The notes beneath the pieces are model-generated. The model worked only from the letters and a program-made list of their open reading frames with translations, did no database searches and was not told the DNA's origin. This document shows positions 1 to 8,954 of a stretch of DNA of 64,000 bases, one piece after another (the first letter of the stretch is position 1; every line of letters starts with the position of its first letter). The translations under genes and the position numbers were made by a program. Source of the stretch: Spirochaetia bacterium (GTDB taxonomy: Bacteria > Spirochaetota > Spirochaetia > SZUA-6 > Bin103); assembly GCA_965199955.1 (NCBI GenBank), contig CBDATQ010000003.1:96001-160000 (forward strand), read 5' to 3'.

Positions 1-52
1 CGAAGCGGCCGGTGTTGTGCGAGTGCAGGAAGACGATGTTGGTCCGGCTCAT
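1..52 (-). CDS. Sulfatase-family protein, N-terminus only (runs off the window)
   Basis: Manual translation MSRTNIVFLHSHNTGRF resembles the sulfatase N-terminal (P)NIVxLHSHDTGR pattern; only 17 codons visible. Confidence 0.55.
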   Translation of the reverse strand, partial: MSRTNIVFLHSHNTGRF

Positions 53-103
53 GGCGTGATTGTCGGCAGACACCGGGAACAGTAGGCTAAGGCTAGGTGG
101 CAC

Positions 104-301
104 ATGAAGTACCGCGTCGTCCTGATCGAGTCTGAAGAAGGGTACGCGGTGCGTTGTCCTGCGCTGCGGGGGTGCCACTCGCAGGGAACTACGCTTGAAG
201 AGGCGCTTGCGAATATCAAGGAAGCGATCCGTGAATGGCTGGCAGTCGAGGAGCAGCAACTCACAGAGCTCAAGGTCATCGAGACTGAAGTTGTGGTCTG
301 A
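104..301 (+). CDS. hicB: HicB-family antitoxin (short form, no DNA-binding domain)
   Basis: 65 aa, GYAVRCPALRGCHSQGTTLEEALANIKEAI is the HicB-like signature; stop overlaps next ATG (TGATG). Confidence 0.85.
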   Translation: MKYRVVLIESEEGYAVRCPALRGCHSQGTTLEEALANIKEAIREWLAVEEQQLTELKVIETEVVV

Positions 302-452
302 TGCCCCGCATCGCGGGAGTCCCTTACCGACAGGCCGTGCGCGTCCTCGAGAGACTCGGATTCCGCGTCATAATCCGTGAATTCCTACACGATGGGTAGC
401 GATCGCGCGCGATGTGGGTTTGACCCCGGACGAGTTTCGCAAGCTGTTGTAG
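301..452 (+). pseudogene. hicA: HicA-family toxin relic (internal deletion plus frameshifts)
   Basis: MPRIAGVPYRQAVRVLERLGFRV, then IPRHNP / VNSYTMGS / IARDVGLTPDEFRKLL* in shifted frames; the central G-x-H catalytic segment is missing. Confidence 0.75.
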
Positions 453-587
453 GAATACCCGAAACTTACTGATCTCTAAGCTCCTTCGCTCCTTCGGTAC
501 CCTTGGTGCATTCAGCGACGCGACCGAAGCGTTCGCGCGCGGAATAGCGCATCGCCATGTGGCGACGTTCGGCATAATACAACGGGC

Positions 588-3500
588 ATGCGAGAATTCC
601 GGAAACCCGAGCTGAGCTGGACGGCACGTGAGGAGCGGAGCGGCCGACGCCCCGGCGGGGCCGCGTCGCGGGATGGCGACCTCTTCAGGCCGCCCTGCGT
701 GTCCCTGGATCTCGAGGTCGGAAGGGACGACGGGATCCATGCCATCGGCGCAATACGGGCGGATACCGGCCGCCGGCTGACGCATTCGGGCGGCGGCCTG
801 GCCGCCTTGCTTTCGAGGCTGGACGATTTCGCCGAGGGCGCGTCCTTCCTGCTGGGACACAACCTGATCGCCTTTGACCTGCCCCACCTGGCGGCGGCGA
901 AACCGGCCCTCCGGCTTCTGAAGCTCCCGGCCGTCGACACGCTGCGTCTCAGCCCGCTCGCCTTCCCCCGCAACCCCTATCACAGTCTCGTCAAGCACTA
1001 CGTCGACGGCGGTCTGAAACGCGGCCGGGTGAACGATCCCGAGCTCGACTCCCGCATTGCGCTGAAGCTCTATGGCGACGAGTGCGACGCGCTGGCGAAG
1101 GCCGCACCGGACCTGCTTGCCGCATGGCACTGGCTGTGCACCCCCGAGCCTCGAGGCATGGACAGCGCCCTGGACGGGCTCTTCTGCCAGCTTCGAGGGC
1201 GATACCGGCCGTCGCAGACGGAGGCCGGGGCGGCGATCGGACGGCGGCTGGAGAACGCCGCCTGCGCGACCTGGGCACGCGATGTCGTTGCGGATGCGGA
1301 CCAACTCGGCTGGCCGCTGGCCCATGCCCTGGCATGGCTATCCGTGGCCGGCGGCAACTCGGTGATGCCGCCCTGGGTCCGCCACCAGTTTCCGCAAGCG
1401 GGGCGACTGGTGCGCCGCCTCCGGGACACCGCGTGCGCCGATCCGGCGTGCGGCTGGTGCCGGGAGCGCCATGACGCGGGCAGGGAGCTGAAACGCTGGT
1501 TCGGCTATGACGGTTTTCGTCCCGAACCGGCGGATGCCGACGGCCGGCCCATGCAGCAGGCCATCGTCGAGGAGGCGATGGCGGGACGACATGTTCTGGG
1601 CATCTTGCCCACCGGGACGGGGAAGTCGCTCTGCTACCAGATCCCCGCGCTGTCGCGCTACCACAAGACCGGCGCGTTGACGGTCGTGATATCGCCCCTG
1701 GTCGCACTGATGGCGGACCAGGTGGCCGGCCTGGAGCAGCGCGGCATCGGCTGCTGCGTGACCGTCAACGGGCTGCTGTCGATGCCGGAGCGAAGCGACG
1801 CCCTGGACCGGATCCGGCTGGGAGACGCCGGCATCCTGCTGATCTCGCCGGAGCAACTGCGCTCGCGCTCCCTGCGGCGGGTCCTGGGCCAGCGCGAGAT
1901 CGGCGCCTGGGTGCTGGACGAGGCGCACTGCCTGTCGCGCTGGGGCCACGACTTCCGGCCCGACTACCGCTACGTGGGGCGCTTCATCCGCGAGAAAGCG
2001 GGTGACGGACCGATACCTCCGATTCTGTGCCTGACCGCGACCGCCAAACCCGATGTCGTCGGGGACATCGCTCGACACTTTCGGAACGAACTCGACATCG
2101 AGCTGGCCGTGTTCGACGGCGGCGCCGAACGCGCCAATCTGGCCTTCGAGGTGATCCCGACCACGGGAGGAGAGAAGTTCCCGGACATCCTGCAGGTCCT
2201 GACGTTCCATCTGCCGCCCGACGCGCCGGGTGGCGCGATCGTCTACTGCGCGACGCGGCAGCAGAGCGAGGACGTCGCGGAGTACCTCAAGTTGAAGAGG
2301 GTCGCCGCGGACCGGTTCCACGCGGGCCTGCCTCCGGAGACGAAGAAGGAGGTGCAGCGGCGCTTCATCGCCGGCGAGTTGCGCGCGATCGTGGCCACCA
2401 ACGCCTTCGGGATGGGGATCGACAAGCCGGACGTGCGGCTGGTCGTCCACGCCGACATACCGGGCTCGCTGGAGAATTATCTGCAGGAAGCCGGCCGCGC
2501 CGGGCGAGACCGCGACCCGGCTCGCTGCGTTCTTCTCTATGCGCCGGACGACGTCGAGGGCCAGTTCGACATGTCGGCGCGCTCGCGCCTCACCCGCGCG
2601 GAGATCCACGGGATCCTGCGAGCCCTGCGCAATCTCGACCGAAAGAAGCGCTTCGACGGAGAGGTGGTGGCGACCGCCGGCGAGATCCTGGGCGAGGACG
2701 ATGAGAAGGTATTCGAACGCGACTCCGCGACCGACGACACCCGCGTGCGCACCGCCGTCGCCTGGCTGGAGGAATCGCAACTCCTCACCCGCGAGGAGAA
2801 TGTCGTGCACGTGTTCCCGTCCTCGCTCCGGGTGAGCACTGTCGACGAGGCCGAACGGCGGCTCGCCGACGCAACGATCGCGACTGCGTATCGCAGGCAG
2901 CTCCTGCTGATCGCGCAAGCTCTGATCGGCGCGGACGCCGACGAGGGGGTGAGCACGGACGAGCTGATGGAGCTCTCGGGCCTGAGTCCGGAACGCGTGC
3001 GCGGCGCCCTGTACGACCTGGAGCGGTTCGGCATCGCCAGCAACGACACGGCGCTGACCGCGTTCATCCACACCGGCGTGGACCGCTCGTCGCGGAAACG
3101 CCTCGAAGAGGCGGCTGCGCTGGAGACCGCTCTCATCGAACACATGCAGGAGGCCGCTCCCGACCTCGGCAAGGGCGACAGTTCGTCACTCCATCTGCGT
3201 ATCGCCGCCCAGGTGCTGAGGGACCAGGGTCTGGCCGATCCGCTGCCGGAACGGTTGTTCCGGATCGTCCGGGGCATCGCCTTCGACGGCAGGGGCGAGG
3301 ACGACGGCGCGGCGGGCAGCCTCACGGTCCGCAAGCGGGACGCGGAGACCGCACGGGTCACGCTGCATCGCGAATGGGGTACGCTGCAAAAGATCGCCGG
3401 CATACGCCGCGACGCGGCCGGCCGCCTGCTCGAACATCTGCTCGACTGCCTGCCATCCGGAGTCCGCGGCACCGATCTCCTGGCAGAGACCACGCTCGGG

Positions 3501-5792
3501 AAGCTCCTGCAGGCGATCGAGTCGGACCTGATGCTGAAGAGCATGGTGAGGAACCCGGCCAAGCTGCTGGACCGCGCCCTGCTCTGGCTCCACGAGCTGG
3601 AGGTGATCCGCCTCAACAAGGGGCTGGCGGTGTTCCGCCCGGCCATGACGATCCGGCTGGAGCAGCGGAAACGGCGCGGATTCTCCAGGGCGGACTTCGA
3701 GCCCCTTGCGCTGCACTACAAGGGACAGGTGCTGCAGATCCACGTCATGGTGGAGTTCGCCGAGCGTGGTCTCGCGGCCATGAGCGAGGCGCTGCGCCTG
3801 GCGATGGACTACTTCGCACTCACGGAGGAGGGGTTTCTCGCCCGCTGGCTGCCTGGTCGGGACCGGGAGATCGGCCGGCAGACGACGCCCGCGTCCTGGC
3901 GCGCCATCGTCGAGAGCCTGGGGAACACGCTGCAGCAGCACATCGTGGCCGACGAGCGGGAACGGACCAACGTGCTGGTCCTCGCAGGCCCCGGTTCGGG
4001 CAAGACCCGCGTGCTGGTGCACCGCATCGCCTGGCTGATCCGCGTCAGACGGGAAAACGCCCGCGGCATCCTTGCGCTCGCCTACAACCGTCACGCGGCC
4101 GGCGACATCCGCCGCCGGCTGACGGAGATGATCGGCGAAGACGCGCGCGGCGTGACGGTGCTCACCTGCCACGCGCTTGCCATGCGCCTGGCGGGAGCGA
4201 GCTTCACCGGCCGGTCGGAGCGCCCCGACGACGCGACGTTCAGGGACGTGATGCGCCGTGCCGTCGCGCTGCTCCGCGGCCAGGAGCTGTCGCCGGAGGA
4301 GGCGGACGAGCGCCGCGTGCGCCTGCTCGCGGGCTTCCGGTGGATTCTCGTCGACGAGTACCAGGATGTCGCTCTGGAGCAGTACGAGCTGATATCGGCG
4401 CTGGCCGGCCGGACGCTGGAAGACGACGCGGGCAAGCTCACCCTGTTCGCCGTCGGCGACGACGACCAGAACATCTATGCCTTCAACGGAGCGTCGGTGG
4501 AGTTCATCCGGCGCTTCGAGGCCGACTACGGGCCGAAGCCCATCTACCTGACCGCCAACTATCGTTCGACGGCCCACATCGTGGCGGCGGCCAATGCGGT
4601 GATCGAGCCTGCGCGGAACCGCATGAAGGCGGGGCATCCCATCCGGGTCGACCGCGTGCGAGAGAGCGACCCGCCGGGCGGAGCGTGGGAGGCGCTGGAC
4701 CCGGTTTCGCGCGGGCGGGTGCAGACTCTCCCGGCAGGAGGCGATCCGGTCGGCCAGGCGCGTGCCGTCATGGCGGAGTTGCTGCGTCTCTCGGAGCTTG
4801 CGCAGGAATGGGACTGGTCGCGGTGCGCGGTCATCGCGCGCCAGTGGGAGTATCTGGTTCCGGTGCGGGCGTTCTGCGAGGCGCATGACCTCCCCGTCCA
4901 GATGGCGAACGAAGAGATCCCGAATTTCTGGCGCCTGCGGGAAACTCGGGCGTTCGTCGAGTGGCTGCGAGGACGTGAAACGCGGATTGTCGACGGCGCG
5001 TCCCTGCGCGGGTGGGCCGACGCGAGGCCCTCCGATCCCTGGCACGATCTGCTGCGGCAGGCGGTGGAGGAACATGCGCTGGAAACCGGCGACGGAGAGA
5101 CACCGGTGGACCATTTCATCGAGTGGCTGGCCGAGTGGGGCCGGGACATACGCCGCCGCGAGCGGGGACTGCTGCTGCTCACCGCCCATCGCGCCAAGGG
5201 GCTGGAGTTCGATCATGTGGCGGTCCTGGACGGCGGCTGGGACCGCGTGGGCCGTAACGAGGATCCCGACGCGCCGCGCCGGCTCTACTACGTGGCGATG
5301 ACGCGGGCACGGCAGACGCTGACGCTGGCGAGGCTCGACGGCTCCCGGAGCTTCCTTGCCGAACTGGCTGACCATCCCGCCACGATTCGTCGCGAGGCTG
5401 CAGAGCTTCCCCCGTGCCCGAAGACGGTGGAGCATCGCCATGTCCGACCCACCCTTCAGGAGGTCGATCTGGGGTTCGCCGGACGGCGCCGTGCCGGCGA
5501 TCCCGTGCACGGCGCCATCACAGCCCTGTCGATCGGCGATCCCCTGGACGTGCGGGTCGGAACGGACGGGCGTTGGACGCTGCTGGACCGGGCCGGCCGG
5601 ACCGTGGGGCGCCTCGCCGGGTCGTTCAGGCCGCCGTCCGGGTCACGGTGCCGGTCGGCGGCAATGTTCGCGGTCGTGGGCTGGAGCCGGGAGGCGTCGG
5701 ACCCGAAGTACCGCGCCGCCATCAGATGCGATGCCTGGGAGGTGGTCATGCCCGAACTGGTGTTCGAGCCGACAGGTGAGCGACCTCGGTGA
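588..5792 (+). CDS. RecQ-family helicase fused to a UvrD/REP-type helicase, with N-terminal DEDD exonuclease-like domain
   Basis: LDLE..GHNLIAFD; RecQ motifs PTGTGKS, DEAHCLSRWGHDFRPDY, TATA, AFGMGIDKPDVR, QEAGRAGRD; UvrD motifs AGPGSGKT, LVDEYQD, VGDDDQNIY, NYRS, TAHRAKGLEFD, YYVAMTRAR. Confidence 0.9.
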   Translation: MREFRKPELSWTAREERSGRRPGGAASRDGDLFRPPCVSLDLEVGRDDGIHAIGAIRADTGRRLTHSGGGLAALLSRLDDFAEGASFLLGHNLIAFDLPHLAAAKPALRLLKLPAVDTLRLSPLAFPRNPYHSLVKHYVDGGLKRGRVNDPELDSRIALKLYGDECDALAKAAPDLLAAWHWLCTPEPRGMDSALDGLFCQLRGRYRPSQTEAGAAIGRRLENAACATWARDVVADADQLGWPLAHALAWLSVAGGNSVMPPWVRHQFPQAGRLVRRLRDTACADPACGWCRERHDAGRELKRWFGYDGFRPEPADADGRPMQQAIVEEAMAGRHVLGILPTGTGKSLCYQIPALSRYHKTGALTVVISPLVALMADQVAGLEQRGIGCCVTVNGLLSMPERSDALDRIRLGDAGILLISPEQLRSRSLRRVLGQREIGAWVLDEAHCLSRWGHDFRPDYRYVGRFIREKAGDGPIPPILCLTATAKPDVVGDIARHFRNELDIELAVFDGGAERANLAFEVIPTTGGEKFPDILQVLTFHLPPDAPGGAIVYCATRQQSEDVAEYLKLKRVAADRFHAGLPPETKKEVQRRFIAGELRAIVATNAFGMGIDKPDVRLVVHADIPGSLENYLQEAGRAGRDRDPARCVLLYAPDDVEGQFDMSARSRLTRAEIHGILRALRNLDRKKRFDGEVVATAGEILGEDDEKVFERDSATDDTRVRTAVAWLEESQLLTREENVVHVFPSSLRVSTVDEAERRLADATIATAYRRQLLLIAQALIGADADEGVSTDELMELSGLSPERVRGALYDLERFGIASNDTALTAFIHTGVDRSSRKRLEEAAALETALIEHMQEAAPDLGKGDSSSLHLRIAAQVLRDQGLADPLPERLFRIVRGIAFDGRGEDDGAAGSLTVRKRDAETARVTLHREWGTLQKIAGIRRDAAGRLLEHLLDCLPSGVRGTDLLAETTLGKLLQAIESDLMLKSMVRNPAKLLDRALLWLHELEVIRLNKGLAVFRPAMTIRLEQRKRRGFSRADFEPLALHYKGQVLQIHVMVEFAERGLAAMSEALRLAMDYFALTEEGFLARWLPGRDREIGRQTTPASWRAIVESLGNTLQQHIVADERERTNVLVLAGPGSGKTRVLVHRIAWLIRVRRENARGILALAYNRHAAGDIRRRLTEMIGEDARGVTVLTCHALAMRLAGASFTGRSERPDDATFRDVMRRAVALLRGQELSPEEADERRVRLLAGFRWILVDEYQDVALEQYELISALAGRTLEDDAGKLTLFAVGDDDQNIYAFNGASVEFIRRFEADYGPKPIYLTANYRSTAHIVAAANAVIEPARNRMKAGHPIRVDRVRESDPPGGAWEALDPVSRGRVQTLPAGGDPVGQARAVMAELLRLSELAQEWDWSRCAVIARQWEYLVPVRAFCEAHDLPVQMANEEIPNFWRLRETRAFVEWLRGRETRIVDGASLRGWADARPSDPWHDLLRQAVEEHALETGDGETPVDHFIEWLAEWGRDIRRRERGLLLLTAHRAKGLEFDHVAVLDGGWDRVGRNEDPDAPRRLYYVAMTRARQTLTLARLDGSRSFLAELADHPATIRREAAELPPCPKTVEHRHVRPTLQEVDLGFAGRRRAGDPVHGAITALSIGDPLDVRVGTDGRWTLLDRAGRTVGRLAGSFRPPSGSRCRSAAMFAVVGWSREASDPKYRAAIRCDAWEVVMPELVFEPTGERPR

Positions 5793-5887
5793 TCGGCGTC
5801 ACTCCGACGGCCGCGGCGCGGTTCGAGGTGATCGCGCCCGACGGCAACAAGGCCTGGTCCAATCCGTTCGATCTGACCGCGCGCTGA
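5789..5887 (+). pseudogene. C-terminal relic of a probable PHP/CehA-McbA-type metallohydrolase
   Basis: RFEVIAPDGNKAWSNPFDLTAR* resembles the RxxVxxxxGxxAWSNP C-terminus; stop lies 4 nt before the next ATG. Confidence 0.4.
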
Positions 5888-5891
5888 GGGC

Positions 5892-7346
5892 ATGATGGCA
5901 GTCAGAGAGACGCCACGCCGATGGCCGTTCCTGGACTGGTCGCTGGTGCAGCCCGGCTACCAGCACATGCCGCGCTCGCCGAAGTACGGCAACGTGCCAT
6001 ACGGGATCTCGATCCGATCGCAACCCGCGCAGCGGTCAGTCCCCTGGCTCCGTGCCGACAGGCCGTGGGAAGAGCAGGCGCTCGGCAAGTCGCAATCGCT
6101 CGTCTACGAGAACGGCACCTACCGGCTCTGGTATGAGGCGGCCGCCAGCGACTACAACTGGCGCTCTTCGGACCTGACCGACTACAGCCACCGGCTGTGC
6201 TACGCCGAATCGAGCGACGGCGTGAGCTGGCACAAGCCGAACCTCGGCCTGGTGGAGTTTCGCGGCGACCGGAACACGAACATCGTCTTCGACCGGACGC
6301 GCAACGGCGGCCGCGCCTGCCTGGGAGGAACGGTGTTCGCCGACCCGGTCGCACCGCCCGCCGAGCGCTACAAGCACATCTTCCTGGGCGCCGAGCCACG
6401 CACGTGGCAGATGCAGGGTGCGGTGTCGGCGGATGGGCTGCAGTGGACGCCGATCGCCGAGCCGCTCATCGACGGCTTCATGAGCGACACCCAGACCACC
6501 GCACATTACGACCCGGTACGGCGCCGCTACGTCGGCTACTTCCGCACGTGGATGGAAAGCGACGTCCCCAGCTCATCGTTCCGCTCACGCCAGTCCCGAA
6601 GGTCGATCTCCCGCGCCGAAACCGCCGATTTCCGGACCTGGACCCATCCTGAAACGACTGCCTATTTGGGCGTGGCGCACCATCCGTCCCACGATCTGTA
6701 CACCAACGGCCACGCCCTCTATCCCGGACGGGATGATCTGCATCTGTTCTTCCCCGCCCAGTTCAGCCGCGAGAAGGACACGCTGCAGGTCCACCTGGCC
6801 AAGAGCCGCGACGGGGTACGCCTGGAGTACTTCGGCGACCGGCCGGTGGTGCCGATCGATGCGGACGGCGCCGGAGAAGAGAAGCGCGTCTATGCGGGGG
6901 TGGGCATCGTGCCGCACGGCACGGATACCGTGGCCGTGCCGTGCAGCCGCTGGCGCCACACCCACAACGAGGACACGGCGGAGGGATTCCGGGATGAGTA
7001 CCAGGGCGAGTACTTCTGGGCGACCTGGAGCACCGACCGTTTCGCGGCCGTGGAGGCCGATGAACGCGGCTTCTTTGCGACACCGGTGTTCGACGACCCG
7101 CTGGCCGGGCTGTCGGTCAACGCCACGACCTATCCGTCGGGGGAGATACGGGTCCAGCTCACCGATGAGACGGGGGTGCCCATCGAGGGACATGAGTTTG
7201 CCCAGTGCGACCCGGTGCGGGGTGACGAGATCCGCCATCCGGTGACTTGGCGGGGCAGCCCCGAGATCGCGGTCCATCCCGAGAGGCCGCTGGTGATCCA
7301 GTTCCGGATGACGCGGGCGAAGCTCTACGCCTTGTACACGGCGTGA
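5892..7346 (+). CDS. Uncharacterised glycoside hydrolase-like beta-propeller protein (GH32/43/130-like fold)
   Basis: Repeated YAESSDGVSWHKP, SADGLQW, SRDGVR blade motifs; YRLWY; C-terminal beta-sandwich-like LSVNA..GEIRVQL. Confidence 0.6.
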   Translation: MMAVRETPRRWPFLDWSLVQPGYQHMPRSPKYGNVPYGISIRSQPAQRSVPWLRADRPWEEQALGKSQSLVYENGTYRLWYEAAASDYNWRSSDLTDYSHRLCYAESSDGVSWHKPNLGLVEFRGDRNTNIVFDRTRNGGRACLGGTVFADPVAPPAERYKHIFLGAEPRTWQMQGAVSADGLQWTPIAEPLIDGFMSDTQTTAHYDPVRRRYVGYFRTWMESDVPSSSFRSRQSRRSISRAETADFRTWTHPETTAYLGVAHHPSHDLYTNGHALYPGRDDLHLFFPAQFSREKDTLQVHLAKSRDGVRLEYFGDRPVVPIDADGAGEEKRVYAGVGIVPHGTDTVAVPCSRWRHTHNEDTAEGFRDEYQGEYFWATWSTDRFAAVEADERGFFATPVFDDPLAGLSVNATTYPSGEIRVQLTDETGVPIEGHEFAQCDPVRGDEIRHPVTWRGSPEIAVHPERPLVIQFRMTRAKLYALYTA

Positions 7347-7385
7347 CCCGTGTACGCCGGTCCGACCTGTACGGTTAGTGGTACA
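7333..7385 (+). promoter_or_regulatory. Probable YefM-YoeB autoregulatory operator (TGTAC repeats)
   Basis: TGTACA 7333-7338, TGTAC 7351-7355 and inverted pair TGTAC(7368-72)-N8-GTACA(7381-85) upstream of yefM; TGTACA is the known E. coli yefM operator core. Confidence 0.55.
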
Positions 7386-7437
7386 AGTCGTCGGCGTGCG
7401 GTAGACTTGGGGCGAACACGCGACTCAGGAGAATGAG

Positions 7438-7692
7438 GTGAGAACGGTTTCGTTCACGGAAGCCAGGAATGGCCTGAAGTCCATACTCGACGGAGTCGCC
7501 GGCGATGCGGACGTCGCCATCATCACGCGTCGCGATGCCGAGGACGCGGTGGTCATGTCGCTCGACTACTACAACAGCCTGATGGAAACCGTGCACCTGC
7601 TGAAGTCGCCCGCGAACGCAGCTCACCTCGCCGAGTCGATCGAGCAGTACCGGGCCGGCGACGTGGTCGAACGAGAGCCGATCCGCCCGTAA
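7438..7692 (+). CDS. yefM: Phd/YefM-family antitoxin
   Basis: SFTEARNGLKSILD..IITRR..VVMSLDYYNSLMETVHLLKSPANAAHLAESI; AGGAG RBS. Confidence 0.92.
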   Translation: MRTVSFTEARNGLKSILDGVAGDADVAIITRRDAEDAVVMSLDYYNSLMETVHLLKSPANAAHLAESIEQYRAGDVVEREPIRP

Positions 7693-7695
7693 GCG

Positions 7696-7962
7696 ATGGC
7701 GCGCACGTTGGCATGGACCAACGCGGCATGGGCCGACTACCTGCGGTGGCAGGGACAGGACAGAAAGACACTGCGGCGGATCAACCGCCTGATCGCCGAC
7801 ACCATGCGCTCCCCGTTCGAGGGGATCGGCAAGCCGGAAGCGCTGAAGGAGACCCTGACCGGCTTCTGGTCACGGCGGATCGACCAGGAAAACCGCCTGG
7901 TCTACGCCGTCGACGACACCCGCGTGACCATCATCTCCTGCCGCTACCACTACGAGCGGTGA
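7696..7962 (+). CDS. yoeB: Txe/YoeB-family mRNA interferase toxin
   Basis: AWADYL..RINRLI..PFEGIGKPEALK..GFWSRRIDQENRLVY..ISCRYHY. Confidence 0.93.
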   Translation: MARTLAWTNAAWADYLRWQGQDRKTLRRINRLIADTMRSPFEGIGKPEALKETLTGFWSRRIDQENRLVYAVDDTRVTIISCRYHYER

Positions 7963-7966
7963 TGCC

Positions 7967-8953
7967 ATGATCCTGGCTGTTCTGCGCCGGCTGCGGCTGA
8001 TGGTGGTGACCCTGGCCGCCATCTCCGTGCTCTCGTTCCTGATCATCCAGGCGCCCCCCGGCAACTACCTTGACACCTACATCACGCAGTTGCGCATGCA
8101 GGGCGACGCCGTCGACGACGCCAGGATCGAAGCGCTGGAGGCCCGTTACGGCCTGGAGCGGCCGATGCACGTGCAGTACCTGAAGTGGATCTGGGGCGTG
8201 CTGCGCGGCGACCTGGGGCGCTCGATGGCGCACAACATGGAAGTCAACAAGCTGCTCGCGCAGCGGCTGCCCGCGAGCCTGGCGATCTCCATCCTGTCGC
8301 TGATCCTGGTCTACCTGCTCGGCCTGCCGATCGGGATCTACTCGGCCACCCGCCAGTACTCGCCCGGCGACTACGTGTTCACGTTCATCGGCTTCATGGG
8401 CTTGGCGATTCCCAGCTTCCTGTTCGCGCTGATCCTGCTGTGGATCACCTTCGAGACCACCGGCACGGCGGCCATCGGGCTGTCCTCCGCCGAGTACGCC
8501 AACGAGCCGTGGAGCTTCGCCAAGCTGATCGACCTGCTGAAGCACCTGTGGATGCCGGCCCTGATCGTCGGCACCGCAGGCACCGCGGGCCTGATCAGGG
8601 TGGTGCGCGCCAGCCTGCTCGACGAGCTGCGCAAGCTCTACGTCACGGTCGCCCGCGCCAAGGGCGTGGCCGAGCGGCCGCTCCTGTTCCGCTACCCGGT
8701 GCGCATCGCGCTCAACCCCGTGATCTCGACGATCGGCTGGACCCTGCCGGCGCTGGTGTCGGGCGAGCTGCTGGTATCGCTGGTCATGGGCCTGCCCACG
8801 ATCGCGCCGCTGTTCGTGCAGGCGCTGATCAACCAGGACATGTTCCTGGCCGGCAGTGTGGTGATGGTGCTGAGCAGCCTGACGGTGCTCGGCACCCTTA
8901 TCTCCGACATCCTGCTGGTCGCGATCGATCCGCGCATCCGGGAGGCGGTCTGA
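7967..8953 (+). CDS. Peptide/nickel-type ABC transporter permease (OppB/DppB-like)
   Basis: YGLERP..QYLKW..GDLGRS; YVTVARAKG EAA loop; DPRIR C-terminus. Confidence 0.9.
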   Translation: MILAVLRRLRLMVVTLAAISVLSFLIIQAPPGNYLDTYITQLRMQGDAVDDARIEALEARYGLERPMHVQYLKWIWGVLRGDLGRSMAHNMEVNKLLAQRLPASLAISILSLILVYLLGLPIGIYSATRQYSPGDYVFTFIGFMGLAIPSFLFALILLWITFETTGTAAIGLSSAEYANEPWSFAKLIDLLKHLWMPALIVGTAGTAGLIRVVRASLLDELRKLYVTVARAKGVAERPLLFRYPVRIALNPVISTIGWTLPALVSGELLVSLVMGLPTIAPLFVQALINQDMFLAGSVVMVLSSLTVLGTLISDILLVAIDPRIREAV

Positions 8954-8954
8954 C

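Noticed and set aside
1338..5510. Long minus-strand ORFs opposite the helicase (and similar ones throughout)
   Set aside because: Typical high-GC antisense shadows with no motifs.
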